A stretch of DNA of 63,725 bases, counting the filler, from Candidatus Huberarchaeum crystalense (GTDB lineage Archaea; Huberarchaeota; Huberarchaeia; Huberarchaeales; Huberarchaeaceae), in assembly GCA_002790315.1 (NCBI GenBank). It is 5 parts of 5 records of this genome, joined end to end, with 100 filler letters (N's around TTAATTAATTAA, not from the genome) between each part and the next. Parts side by side here need not be neighbours in the genome. Positions count along the whole stretch, not along the records: positions 28,983 to 35,097 come from PFUW01000032.1; positions 35,198 to 40,071 come from PFUW01000009.1; 3 more parts are not named here. One strand, 5' to 3'. Position 1 is the first letter of the stretch, and the number at the start of each line of letters is the position of its first letter. The translations under genes were made by a program, and so were the position numbers. Of the stretch, positions 28,983 through 37,792 are shown piece after piece. The notes under the pieces are model-generated. The model was not told the origin of the DNA. It ran no database searches and was given only the letters and a program-made list of their open reading frames with translations.

Positions 28983-30008
28983 ATTTGTATCATTATCATT
29001 TTGGCAAAAACTATTAGTAGTAGAATTATATTTATTATTTCCTGAAGTATTAGTATTGCACCCACATTCCGAATCCTTTAAACTATAACTCTTATTCCAT
29101 ATATATTTATTTTTATCCCAAACAAAAAGATTAGTATAATTATTAGCCTTCTCAATAGTTGGGCGCGTGCTTGTGCAATTATCAATAAAACCCCCATTGT
29201 CTGTTAAGTACTTTATAATTTCTTGCTCTAAATATTTATTTAACTTATTTAAACCAGAACTTGCATCATTTCTCAAAAAGGCAAAAGCATATAAAAATTC
29301 TGTGTTGTGGTTTTCATATTTCAGTGTGCCATTGAGTGTAATATTGCTGTTTCCTCGCACAAATACTAATTCTTCTTTTGGAGATACTGTTACATTAAAA
29401 GTATCTCCCACAGCAATTGCTTGGTTAGTTGTGCTATCTGTGATAAAAATATTATTAAAATTAAACACAACAGAAGGCAGTCCAGTAAACCAAGAAATAA
29501 TCGCTGAAAACACTTTATTGAAAAAACCAGAAAAAAACTCAGAATCAAGATATTCTCCTTTAAATTTATAGACACCATCATTATATTTTTCATAATTATC
29601 TGCTGAAAGCAAAGTTTTAGCAATATTTAAAAACAATTTTTTTTGTTTTAATACAAACAAATCAGATATATTTTTAACTGTCGGCAACTCTATATTTTTA
29701 TCTTTATTTTTTATAAGATCACCTTTCCACCAAACCATAGGATTATCTGCTCCGCAAGTTTGAGCCCCGCCACACCAAGCAGTTTCAAGTATTGCACCTT
29801 CTACTGACCGTCTTAATGCGCTTTCCAAACCTTCAAAAACCCCTGTTGTTGCCTCAACATTTTCCCGCATTTGTGAAATAGATGCCTCGCTTTCATAAAT
29901 CGTGCGTTGTGTTGATTGAATTGAAGAAGTAGTGAAATAAGTAAATATTACTGTCCCTATAAAGAGCAAAACCATCAGAGAAAAAGCACCTTTTTTATTC
30001 ATAACCAT
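28983..30008 (-). CDS. class III signal peptide (pilin-like) protein, truncated at scaffold end
   Basis: MNKKG/AFSLMVLLFIGTVIF; becomes Cys/Asn-rich at the break. Confidence 0.75.
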
Positions 30009-30151
30009 ATATTTTTTATTCTTTTTATTTATAACAATCTATTCTATATCCACAACAATATTTTTTATTCATAACAATATGTTTTTTATTCATAACCACA
30101 TATTTTTTTATCCAACCCTTTGCCCAAATCATTTTTTACACTTTTTTACTC

Positions 30152-30664
30152 TTATAATATTAAATCTATTTTCACATATTCTGTATGTTCGATGCAGGAC
30201 TGTGACATTGTTGCTTCTGCTGTTGAAATTATTGTGGTGGCTGCTTTTTCTGGATTTTTTGGTAGTTTTCCGATTGTATACACATTATAACAAGCATGGT
30301 TTGTGCAGTCCATTACACGCAAATATGGTGCTTGGCTACTCTTGCGCGCAACCAATTCAATTCTTTGTCTCAATTCACTATTTATTTCTTGACGCTGCGC
30401 GCTTCCCTTGTGAAACTGACAATAATAATCTGCAAAAGTTGTGCTAAATGGCTCTCCATTATATGTGCTTTGAAGAGCAACGATTAGTGTAGGCTGAGCT
30501 ATGCTTTTTGTTGTTTTTTGAATTATTTTTATCTCTTTTTCCTGATGATCCATTAGCATCATCTCAGCTGCAATAATACCCATAAGAGCCATAAGCAAAA
30601 TTATCGCGCCTATTATAGCAAATGGGCTGCCTATATCTCCGCGATGGTTTAATTTGAATCGCAT
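30152..30664 (-). CDS. pilin-like protein with class III signal peptide
   Basis: MRFKLNHRG/DIGSPFAIIGAIILLMALMGII. Confidence 0.7.
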   Translation of the reverse strand: MRFKLNHRGDIGSPFAIIGAIILLMALMGIIAAEMMLMDHQEKEIKIIQKTTKSIAQPTLIVALQSTYNGEPFSTTFADYYCQFHKGSAQRQEINSELRQRIELVARKSSQAPYLRVMDCTNHACYNVYTIGKLPKNPEKAATTIISTAEATMSQSCIEHTEYVKIDLIL

Positions 30665-31212
30665 CTAATCTCTATACCCCCTCGTCTTATGTCTTTGTCA
30701 GAAAACCTTATTGCCACAGGCAAAAAATATTGTTTGTGTGCAAGACCCATGTCCCAAACAAGAGCAGCATCTTTAGTTTTATAAAAGACATATTGACTTA
30801 CTCCTCTGCCTTTAAATATATGCTCCCCATAATAAAATATATATATTCTACAATTTGTGTGAGAAATATTTGAACAGTTCGCAAGAAATTCGTTTTTCTT
30901 GTTTTCTACTTCATTTTTTTTACCAGAAAATGCACTACCATTTAAAATATATGGGTGTAGGCGGCCGGTTATTGGATCTTTGTATGCTAAACATGGCCAA
31001 GGGTTTTGAACAATCCGCAAGGCAACTTCTTGCGCATGCTGCTCATTTGTATTTAATACAACATTATAATTAAACTTTACAACAATAATATAAAAAGTAA
31101 AGCATATTGATATAACAGATATTACAAAAAGAAGCAATATAAATATTTCACCAGGTGATTCACCTTTTTTGTTTAACTTTAGAATATTATATCTTTTATT
31201 CAAATTCAACAT
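30649..31212 (-). CDS. pilin-like protein with class III signal peptide
   Basis: KLNKKG/ESPGEIFILLLFVISVI with Glu at +5. Confidence 0.75.
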   Translation of the reverse strand: MLNLNKRYNILKLNKKGESPGEIFILLLFVISVISICFTFYIIVVKFNYNVVLNTNEQHAQEVALRIVQNPWPCLAYKDPITGRLHPYILNGSAFSGKKNEVENKKNEFLANCSNISHTNCRIYIFYYGEHIFKGRGVSQYVFYKTKDAALVWDMGLAHKQYFLPVAIRFSDKDIRRGGIEIRCDSN

Positions 31213-31248
31213 TTTTTCTCCTTATTTGGATAATAAGCCACAATTTAT

Positions 31249-31869
31249 TTAACATTTTTTCTCCTTATTTGGATGATATAGTGTTATTTTTGTGGGGTCT
31301 GCTCTTGCTTTTTTAATGCAAACACTTCCTGAAAAGATAAATGCATTCTCTGATACTTTTTCTTGCGCATGACATTTAACTTCTTTATTTATTATTTTAA
31401 AGCAAGGTTTTTCACGATTACTGGCGCACTCTCCTTTTTTATTTATTAATGGGGTTTGATATTCTTGCGTTCCAGCAGGACATACTTGTATATTGCTTTC
31501 AAGTGTTTCAAAGCCAGTTTTATTAATATCAATAATAATATCTCTAAAAATATAAGATGTGTGTGTTGTTTTGTTTGTTGAATCGCGGTCATCAATGGAC
31601 TCAGTGACAAAAGTGCCATTTTCAGAATCAGGAAAATTAACCACAAACCTGCCTTTTGTTTGCGTTAGCAACATTGTTGAATCACGATCAGATGGAGCTG
31701 CATAAACAATGTTAATTGCGTGTGCTAAATTTTCTCCTACAAGACCTGTATAAGTTGAACTTGCTGCAGAAATTATGTTAATATATATTATTGTTAGCAC
31801 AGAAAACGAAGCAATTGTAAAGATAATCATAAAAGTGTGCTTGAGTGAAAGGTCAATACCTACAGCCAT
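31249..31869 (-). CDS. pilin-like protein without an obvious basic leader
   Basis: MAVGIDLSLKHTFMIIFTIASF; LAHAINIVYAAP resembles LAADISSFHHSS of the 895-aa protein; first gene of the pilin-like run. Confidence 0.6.
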   Translation of the reverse strand: MAVGIDLSLKHTFMIIFTIASFSVLTIIYINIISAASSTYTGLVGENLAHAINIVYAAPSDRDSTMLLTQTKGRFVVNFPDSENGTFVTESIDDRDSTNKTTHTSYIFRDIIIDINKTGFETLESNIQVCPAGTQEYQTPLINKKGECASNREKPCFKIINKEVKCHAQEKVSENAFIFSGSVCIKKARADPTKITLYHPNKEKKC

Positions 31870-31989
31870 ATATTATTTGTTTTTACAATTGCGCGCATTT
31901 GTTTATTGTTTATTTGTTCACAATCTCAATAAGAAAAATATATTATAAACTCGTTTGAAACAATTTTATCTATATATGTTAAAAAAAAT

Positions 31990-33855
31990 ATGAACTCAAA
32001 CAAAATTCGCGCGAAATATTTAAAATTCTTTAAAGACAAGGGGCACGTGATTATTCCTTCAGCATCTTTGATTCCAGAAAATGATTCTACAACTCTTTTT
32101 ACTGGTTCGGGAATGCAGCCCCTTGTGCCTTTTTTGCTTGGAGAATCTCATTCTCTTGGCAAGCGGTTGGTAAATTCTCAAAAATGTTTTCGTTCAGAAG
32201 ATATTGAAGAAATTGGTAATAACAGACACACAACTTTTTTTGAGATGTTGGGTAATTGGTCGCTTGGAGATTATTTTAAAAAAGAGCAAATTTCTTGGAT
32301 TTTTGAGTTTTTGACAAAAGAGATAAAATTAGATCCAAAGCGAATATATGTAACGGTTTTTCGCGGGACAAAAAATAAAGAAATTACGCGCGATAATAAA
32401 TCTGCGAAAATTTGGCAACAGGAATTTGCAAAAGTGGGTGTTGACGCAAAAATTGTGGACAATGTAGAAAAAAAAGGGATACAAAATAGAAGGATTTTTT
32501 TCTATCCCGAGGAAAAAAACTGGTGGTCGCGCGCAGGAACTCCTATAAAAATGCCTGAGAGTGAGCCAGGAGGTCCTGATTCAGAGATTTTTTGGGATTT
32601 CGGAAAAGAACGAAATCTGCATGAAAATTCACAATGGAAAGACCTTCCATGCCACCCAAACTGCGATTGCGGAAGATTTATGGAAATTGGAAATAGTGTT
32701 TTTATAGAGTATATAAAAACCAAAAATACTTTTAAATTCTTACCCAAAAAAAATATAGATTTTGGGGGCGGGCTTGAAAGAATTTTAGCTGCAGCTAATG
32801 ATAATCCTGACATTTTTTTAATTGATATTTTTGAGGATGCAAAAAGAAAAATTGAAGAAATTTCAGGTAAAAAATATGCTAAAAATAAAGAGCAAACATT
32901 TGCGTTTCGCGTTATCTTAGATCACTTGCGAGCAGCTACTTTTTTAATATCTGATGGAGCAGTTCCTTCAAACAAAGACCAAGGATACTTTACCCGACGA
33001 CTGATTAGGCGCGCAGTTCGTTTTGGGAATAATCTTGGAATTAAGCAAAATTTTTGCAAACAAATTTCTAATTCTTTTGTTGAATTTTACAAAGATGTTT
33101 ATCCTGAGCTTGAGAAAAACAAGGACAAAATTTTTGAAGAAATTGACAATGAAGAAAGCAAATTTAAGCAAACTCTGGGAAAAGGATTAAGTTTATTTAA
33201 GCGCGAGACAGAAAAAATACAACAAGGACAAGTGATTCCTGGAAAACAAGCATTTTATTTTTATCAATCTTTTGGCTTTCCAATTGAACTTACTCAAGAA
33301 TTAGCAAAAGAAAAGGGCTTAAAGGTTGATGTTGAAGGTTTTAATGAGGAGATTAAACAACATCAGAAATTGTCTCGTGTTGGCGCTGAGATGAAGTTTG
33401 CTGGTGGTTTGGCAAATCATAGCGAGCAAAATATAAAATACCATACTACAACCCATCTTTTGCACGCTTCTCTTCGGCAAGTTTTAGGCGAACATGTTGA
33501 GCAAAAAGGAAGCAACATCACTTCTGAACGATTGAGATTTGATTTTTCACACCCAAATAAGATGACAGATGAAGAGAAAAAACAAGTTGAAGATCTTGTG
33601 AACAAATGGATTAAGCAAAACATAGAAGTTGTTTGCGAAGAAATAAGTTATGAAAAAGCAAAGGAAAAAGGCGCGCTCGGTTTGTTTAAAGACAAGTATG
33701 GCGACAAAGTTAAAGTTTATTTAATTGGTGATGTTTCGCGCGAAATTTGCGGAGGTCCGCACATTAAAAAAACAGGAGATCTTGGCAAGTTTAAAATAAT
33801 AAAAGAAGAATCAATATCTATAGGTATAAGAAGAATTAAAGCAGTTTTAGAATAA
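31990..33855 (+). CDS. alaS: alanyl-tRNA synthetase, short form lacking C-Ala
   Basis: TLFTGSGMQP, HTTFFEMLGNWS, GPDSEIF, IDFGGGLER, HTTTH and EICGGPH editing motifs; ends right after GIRRIKA. Confidence 0.96.
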   Translation: MNSNKIRAKYLKFFKDKGHVIIPSASLIPENDSTTLFTGSGMQPLVPFLLGESHSLGKRLVNSQKCFRSEDIEEIGNNRHTTFFEMLGNWSLGDYFKKEQISWIFEFLTKEIKLDPKRIYVTVFRGTKNKEITRDNKSAKIWQQEFAKVGVDAKIVDNVEKKGIQNRRIFFYPEEKNWWSRAGTPIKMPESEPGGPDSEIFWDFGKERNLHENSQWKDLPCHPNCDCGRFMEIGNSVFIEYIKTKNTFKFLPKKNIDFGGGLERILAAANDNPDIFLIDIFEDAKRKIEEISGKKYAKNKEQTFAFRVILDHLRAATFLISDGAVPSNKDQGYFTRRLIRRAVRFGNNLGIKQNFCKQISNSFVEFYKDVYPELEKNKDKIFEEIDNEESKFKQTLGKGLSLFKRETEKIQQGQVIPGKQAFYFYQSFGFPIELTQELAKEKGLKVDVEGFNEEIKQHQKLSRVGAEMKFAGGLANHSEQNIKYHTTTHLLHASLRQVLGEHVEQKGSNITSERLRFDFSHPNKMTDEEKKQVEDLVNKWIKQNIEVVCEEISYEKAKEKGALGLFKDKYGDKVKVYLIGDVSREICGGPHIKKTGDLGKFKIIKEESISIGIRRIKAVLE

Positions 33856-33884
33856 ATTTTAATAAATAAATATTTAAAAAAAAT

Positions 33885-34451
33885 ATGAACAAAAACCACA
33901 ACCAAGCAAAAATTATAATTCCTTTATGCGAAAAATGCCTAAATAATCAAGATAAAATCTGCGAAAAATGCAATAAAAAATATGCTGTGGGTTTGATCAA
34001 CAAAACAGACATTAGATGCATGCGCGCCATCTGCGAAGCAATAAGTAATTTTGAAAATATAAATATTGTTATTTACAAAATAATCGCTTGTAGTGAGACC
34101 TTTTTGATTTTATGCAGCAAAGCATCAAAGTCCAAACTCATTGGAAACAAAGGTATCATTGCAAAAAAAATCGCGCATAAAATCAAACACAACATATCTA
34201 TTATTGCTATTCCTAGTGCACAAACAAATGAAAATTTTTTGAATTTTTTTAAACAAATTTTTGGAGAGCAAGCAGTTGATGCTCAAATAACACCACAAAC
34301 AATTAAAATAACATTAAGTGAGGATTTACAAAGTAAATATTTGGTAAAAAATGAATATTTACTCAAAGAACTCGGGCGCGCGCTTAAACTTGCAGAAATT
34401 AAGCAGAAGTTGGTTGTTTTGAATATAAAATCTACTCCGGCAACCCAATAA
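33885..34451 (+). CDS. NusA-like KH protein with N-terminal Cys cluster
   Basis: PLCEKC...ICEKC followed by KLIGNKGIIAKKI (GxxG KH loop). Confidence 0.6.
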   Translation: MNKNHNQAKIIIPLCEKCLNNQDKICEKCNKKYAVGLINKTDIRCMRAICEAISNFENINIVIYKIIACSETFLILCSKASKSKLIGNKGIIAKKIAHKIKHNISIIAIPSAQTNENFLNFFKQIFGEQAVDAQITPQTIKITLSEDLQSKYLVKNEYLLKELGRALKLAEIKQKLVVLNIKSTPATQ

Positions 34452-34528
34452 ATCTGCTGAAATTAAACAAAAAATTGTTTCAAGCAACATTTACTACATC
34501 AACACACCAAAATTTGTGTAAAAATTAT

Positions 34529-34933
34529 ATGCAAATAGAGATCAATGAGCAGGAAATTCCAAAAGACGTTAGCGGCCGCTATCTTGCAATATTTGTATTA
34601 AAAACATTTGGAATAATAAATAATGAAAAAACAGGTGAATCAGACATTAAAATGCTGCTTGCTTTTGTAAAATACGCAAAGTTAGAAAAACCGTTGAGCG
34701 CAGAGGAACTTTCGCAAATGTCAGGTCTTAAACTAGCAGCAGCTTACAAACACATCAACAAATTTTTAGACGCAGAAATTATTAAAAAAGTAGACGGAAC
34801 AAAATATTCTCTTTCAGAATCAACATTAGAAAACACAATCAAGTGGCACATTTCAAAAAATGTTGAAAAAACTTTGAATAATGTGTCTGTGTTTGCAGCT
34901 GCATTAGATGCTGAAATTTCAAAGGAGTTTTAG
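34529..34933 (+). CDS. winged-helix transcriptional regulator (start moved to MQIEI)
   Basis: PLSAEELSQMSGLKLAAAYKHINKFLDAEII...KYSL. Confidence 0.75.
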   Translation: MQIEINEQEIPKDVSGRYLAIFVLKTFGIINNEKTGESDIKMLLAFVKYAKLEKPLSAEELSQMSGLKLAAAYKHINKFLDAEIIKKVDGTKYSLSESTLENTIKWHISKNVEKTLNNVSVFAAALDAEISKEF

Positions 34934-34935
34934 AT

Positions 34936-35097
34936 ATGGCAAATCCTAAAATAAGTATAATAATTCCCGCATACAACGAAGAAAAATATATTAGAGAAAC
35001 ATTGTCAAAACTCAAAGAGATAAAAAATAATGAATATAAAAATTTAGAGGTAATCGTAGTTGAAAACGGAAGCACGGACAAGACTTATGAAATAGCA
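34936..35097 (+). CDS. GT2 glycosyltransferase, truncated at scaffold end
   Basis: ISIIIPAYNEEKYI...EVIVVENGSTDKT. Confidence 0.9.
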
Positions 35098-35197
35098 NNN
35101 NNNNNNNNNNNNNNNNNNNNNNNNNNNNNNNNNNNNNNNNNTTAATTAATTAANNNNNNNNNNNNNNNNNNNNNNNNNNNNNNNNNNNNNNNNNNNN
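35098..35197. other. artificial scaffold linker
   Basis: N44-TTAATTAATTAA-N44. Confidence 0.97.
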
Positions 35198-35287
35198 CCC
35201 AGAAATAATAAAAAAAATAATGAAAAGCATATAATATAATATAATATAATATAATATAATATAATATATATTACTTAAAACAATAAA

Positions 35288-35614
35288 ATGGTTTTACCTG
35301 TATTTTTTATCCTCAATGGTGGTAGAGCAATCTCAATAGCAATAGGAGCAGGTACAGCACTTGCCCGCTTCGTCGCAAAAAATCCCAAAATAATTGGAAG
35401 CACTCTTTCAATTGAAGCAATATCCTCTGCAATCCAATCATATATTACCACCGAAAAAGAAAAAATTGACATAGTAAATGAAATAGGAAAAGACAACCCC
35501 CAGATCAGGGCTGATTTGTTCAAAAATGTATTTTCCCCTGATAATAATGTAATATCAAACATTATTCTTTATTTAGTCTTGCTCTTAATTATATATTATC
35601 TTTTGAAAAAATGA
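35288..35614 (+). CDS. element membrane protein
   Basis: Ala/Gly-rich N-terminus and C-terminal TM anchor IILYLVLLLIIYYLLKK. Confidence 0.7.
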   Translation: MVLPVFFILNGGRAISIAIGAGTALARFVAKNPKIIGSTLSIEAISSAIQSYITTEKEKIDIVNEIGKDNPQIRADLFKNVFSPDNNVISNIILYLVLLLIIYYLLKK

Positions 35615-35802
35615 AAATAGTTGTAAACAATCACTCGCCAAGCACAAAGACATCCGATTTGCTACTAATCCTTTTTAGTATCACATATTTTATTGCCGGG
35701 CTTTGTTTTGCCCAAGATTTGTTTGCCTGTGCAATATTTTTGGTCGCTGTCGTTTGCATTATCTTAATAAAATATTTAAAATTAAGTGAAAATGAAAAAT
35801 AA
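35611..35802 (+). CDS. element two-TM protein
   Basis: Two hydrophobic helices; overlaps both neighbours. Confidence 0.6.
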   Translation: MKIVVNNHSPSTKTSDLLLILFSITYFIAGLCFAQDLFACAIFLVAVVCIILIKYLKLSENEK

Positions 35803-35923
35803 TGATAAAGCAATAATTGCCGGGGCGGGTGCAGTATTAGCCTATTTATATTTGGAAAAGAAGAAAGAAAAAAAAACAGATATCTCCGATGTGTCTATAT
35901 CCCCCATGGAATTTTACGCCTAA
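35792..35923 (+). CDS. element 43-aa TM-anchored peptide (not in ORF track)
   Basis: MKNNDKAIIAGAGAVLAYLYLEKKKEKKTDISDVSISPMEFYA. Confidence 0.65.
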   Translation: MKNNDKAIIAGAGAVLAYLYLEKKKEKKTDISDVSISPMEFYA

Positions 35924-35998
35924 TAATTATTAATAACTTAATACTATAAATGTAATATATAATATGTAATATATAATATAAAAATAAAATAAAATAAA

Positions 35999-36358
35999 AT
36001 GCCAAAGTTTAGAATAAGCATAAGTGTTTGGAATAATTCGGGCGCGACTGTAACAGCACATGTGGGTGCTTCGCTTGTCGGTGTTACTGATTGGGCTGAA
36101 TACTACAATACGTCAGAGGACATCAAACGAGTATTTCCTCAGGGAAGAACCAACCTCGTTCGGTACCTCAGCACTGATTTGGGAAAGTATCAAAAATACA
36201 ACCTCGTTGTGGCTCTCTGGGAAGGTGAAAAAACCATAGGGACTGGTATCAAATATGCCACTGTAACACTGAAAAATGCTGTTGAAAAAAAAAAAAAAAA
36301 TAAAGTAAATATGACGATGTCAGTAACTGGTTTCATACCCTCTTCTTTTACGGTCTAA
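35999..36358 (+). CDS. element beta-rich Ig-like protein (candidate spike or fibre)
   Basis: FRISISVWNNSG...KYNLVVALW strand pattern resembles CARDB/Ig domains. Confidence 0.6.
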   Translation: MPKFRISISVWNNSGATVTAHVGASLVGVTDWAEYYNTSEDIKRVFPQGRTNLVRYLSTDLGKYQKYNLVVALWEGEKTIGTGIKYATVTLKNAVEKKKKNKVNMTMSVTGFIPSSFTV

Positions 36359-36388
36359 TAAAAAAAATAAAATAAAATATAACATAAA

Positions 36389-36898
36389 ATGGTATACAGA
36401 AAAGCAAAACAAAAGGTTCGAAGAGCACATTCACGCTCAAAAACTCTTTTTGGTGGCGACTTCCTCAAAAATCCTTATTTTGTTGGAATTGTGGCTGGTG
36501 CCGTCAAAAACGCATTAGCGGGAAAAAAAATAATTGATGTTGAGAACATCAAAAGTAGAATTTCAAAAATGGACGGCACAAATCCGCTGATTTTGTTAAG
36601 TGCAGGAATATTGGCGAAAAATCCGCTAATTACTGCAATCGGCTTGTTCGGAATTGTTGACCCACCTGATGATGCGGAAAAAAAGGAAGAATATATAGGA
36701 TATTCAAATGTCGGAGAAACGCAAGAAAATGCCGAATATTCAAATGTCGGAGAAACGCAAGAAAATGCCGAATATTCAAATGTCGGAGAAACGCAAGAAA
36801 ATGCCGAATATTCAAATGCCGGAGAAACGCAAGAAAATGCCGAATATTCAAACATCGGAGAAACGCAAGAAATAACAAAAAAAAGGTTTGCGTATTAA
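36389..36898 (+). CDS. element protein with basic N-terminal arm, hydrophobic core and acidic repeat tail
   Basis: MVYRKAKQKVRRAHSRSK arm; 12-aa EYSNVGETQENA repeats. Confidence 0.7.
   Translation: MVYRKAKQKVRRAHSRSKTLFGGDFLKNPYFVGIVAGAVKNALAGKKIIDVENIKSRISKMDGTNPLILLSAGILAKNPLITAIGLFGIVDPPDDAEKKEEYIGYSNVGETQENAEYSNVGETQENAEYSNVGETQENAEYSNAGETQENAEYSNIGETQEITKKRFAY
36701..36871. repeat. 36-bp coding tandem repeat, about 5 copies
   Basis: tattcaaatgtcggagaaacgcaagaaaatgccgaa repeated with few substitutions. Confidence 0.95.
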
Positions 36899-36958
36899 AA
36901 TAATTTAAAAAATAAATAAAAAAATATAAAAAATATAAATAAAATAAAATAAAATAAA

Positions 36959-37327
36959 ATGACAGCAACACCCTATAAAATATATGTTGTTTTTGAAAAC
37001 ACGGCGGTTGAAGGAGAATATATCCCTTTGTTGTATACGGCAAGTGATGTGGTCGGTGCAAATGCGGTACTCCCGTCTGACAGTGATATATATACTCTTC
37101 CGACAGGTACCAGCACGGGAGAACAAAAAGTATATCGGTTGCGTGAGGTAATCGTCATCGGCACATTCACGGACACAACATGTGCAAATATTTGGGCGAA
37201 TGATTTAAAGACTGAACATCTTATTATTCATGATATCAACACGAAGGACACGGTTGACCGTCAATTCAAAGTCATCAAGTTGTTTTTCAATGGAGGCACC
37301 TCAATCAGATTGAAGTTGGGGGCATAA
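36959..37327 (+). CDS. candidate single-jelly-roll major capsid protein
   Basis: 122 aa, beta-strand pattern throughout, follows a basic-arm protein, ends LFFNGGTSIRLKLGA; the fold is inferred. Confidence 0.5.
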   Translation: MTATPYKIYVVFENTAVEGEYIPLLYTASDVVGANAVLPSDSDIYTLPTGTSTGEQKVYRLREVIVIGTFTDTTCANIWANDLKTEHLIIHDINTKDTVDRQFKVIKLFFNGGTSIRLKLGA

Positions 37328-37334
37328 AAAAAAC

Positions 37335-37628
37335 ATGACCCAAAATATATGCACCCAATTGATATCGGCGGGGGATAAAAAGATAGTATTAGAACAACCA
37401 AGCGCTTTACAACGGATTTTTTTCTCCGTACGCGTCTTAGCCAGTACAACGGCGTGGTATGATGTCAGGATGTCATTCGATGAGCCCAAATTTTGTTCTT
37501 ATTATTCACTGAACGGGCCGAGGAAATATTTTGAGGCCGAGGGTGTTGACATATTTCAAGGGAATATTTGGATTTTTAATAGCACGGATACAGATTTGTT
37601 TCTGACTATGATGGAAATTTTGCATTAA
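37335..37628 (+). CDS. element beta-rich 97-aa protein (candidate minor capsid or vertex protein)
   Basis: RIFFSVRVL, YDVRMSFD, GNIWIFN, LFLTMMEIL strands; 7 bp downstream of the capsid candidate. Confidence 0.5.
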   Translation: MTQNICTQLISAGDKKIVLEQPSALQRIFFSVRVLASTTAWYDVRMSFDEPKFCSYYSLNGPRKYFEAEGVDIFQGNIWIFNSTDTDLFLTMMEILH

Positions 37629-37792
37629 ATATATTAAATACTTCGTCGACGAATACAAATATATTATTGGGGAAGTGTTTCTATGTTCGCTTCCCCCCCT
37701 ATCCTAAACATAGTAATATCAATATCCTAATAATATAACAATAATATAATAATAATATAATAATAATATATAATTTTTAAACATAGAAAAAG

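Noticed and set aside
36701-36871. 36-bp repeats as a CRISPR or mini-array
   Set aside because: No spacers; the repeats are in frame within a coding sequence.
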